A stretch of DNA of 20,000 nt from Chiloscyllium plagiosum (taxonomy: Eukaryota), in contig NC_057718.1 of NCBI RefSeq assembly GCF_004010195.1, forward strand, positions 17,159,729 through 17,179,728, written 5' to 3'. A model generated the notes under the pieces. The model was given only the letters and a program-made list of their open reading frames with translations. It was not told the origin of the DNA and searched no databases. Numbering within the stretch: the first letter of the stretch is position 1; each line of letters begins with the position of its first letter. Both the position numbers and the translations under genes were made by a program. Below are positions 19,401 through 20,000 of this stretch, piece by piece.

Positions 19401-20000
19401 GCCCCAGGCAGCAGCGGTGGAGGTGGGCCTCTGGCAGCAGCAGAAGTCCTGGGAGGTGCCCAAGGCAAGTCCCAGTTAGCAACGGTGGAGACCGGCCTCA
19501 GGCAACAGCAGCGGTGGAAGCAGGCCTCGGGAGAGTCCCAGGCAGGCCCTCAGTCGCAGCGGTGGGGGCAGACCTGTTGGAGTGGGTCCCCAAGGCAAGT
19601 CCTAGGCAGCCCCAAAATTGAGCCCCAGGCAGCAGCAGCAGAAGTGGGCCTCCAGCAGTGGCAGTGGTGGAGGTCCTGGGGAGGGGACAAGGCAAGTCCC
19701 AGGCTGCAGTGGTGGAGGCAGGCCTCAGGCAAGTCCTAGGCAGGCCCTTGGTCACAACGGTGGGGGCAGGCCTGTTGGGGAGGGTCCCCAAGGCAAGTCC
19801 CAGGCAGCCCCAAAATTGAGCTCCAGGCAGCAGTGGAGGTGGGCCTCTAATAACAGCAGCAGTGGTGGAAGTCCTGGGAGGGGCCCCAAGGCAAGTCCCA
19901 GGCAGCAGCAGTGAGGCAGGCCCCAAGCAGCAACAGCTGAGGCAGGTCCGGGCAGGGTCTCAGAGACCAGCAGTGGGAATGGGCCCCAGGTCAGCAGCAA
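19401..20000. repeat. Complex GC-rich tandem repeat upstream of Tx1 ORF1 (198-bp higher-order period)
   Basis: GGTGGGGGCAG.CCTGTTGG...AAGGCAAGTCC.AGGCAGCCCCAAAATTGAGC at 19561 and 19759. Sub-motif AGGCAAGTCC at ~19463, 19593, 19690, 19727, 19791 and 19889. Confidence 0.88.

Larger units (their letters stand above)
12608..20000 (-). mobile_element. Near-full-length Tx1-like non-LTR retrotransposon (L1 clade), defective; 5' end may extend beyond the window
   Basis: Poly(A) tail (T-run 12608-12626), 3' UTR, ORF2 with APE and RT motifs, ORF1 with Tx1-type RRM region and CCHC knuckle, and a repetitive 5' region. Much more GC/CpG-rich than the flanks. Confidence 0.95.

Noticed and set aside
12094..19914. 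Numerous plus-strand ORFs of 60-180 aa
   Set aside because: Antisense shadows of GC-rich Tx1 sequence or repeats, with low complexity and no domain motifs.

Overview
Eukaryotic, repeat-dense non-genic (intronic or intergenic) DNA, most likely from a shark. This taxon call is an inference from HE1-type SINEs and HER1/CR1-type LINE tails, and a carpet shark is a guess. No intact host protein-coding gene is recognisable. Bases 1-11,100 are AT-rich and hold a decayed CR1 LINE (SGNH-esterase ORF1 plus APE/RT ORF2), CR1 and L2 3' fragments, several tRNA-derived SINEs, two local tandem duplications, and four short Penelope-type terminal-repeat pieces carrying degenerate minimal hammerhead-ribozyme motifs, three of them flanked by 12-15 bp direct repeats. 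Bases 11,100-20,000 are a minus-strand stack of elements with poly(A)-type tails: one with a cryptic ~72-bp tandem array, a 5'-truncated Tx1 copy, and a near-full-length GC/CpG-rich Tx1 (L1 clade). The long Tx1 has RRM/CCHC ORF1, APE-RT ORF2 and a repetitive 5' region. It is interrupted by a 770-bp ERV-like solo LTR and a 98-bp internally deleted SINE, and it carries short duplications and deletions. I found no convincing new biological system. The best leads are the hammerhead-motif mini-elements, the solo LTR, the ~72-bp array element and the head-to-tail Tx1 stacking.
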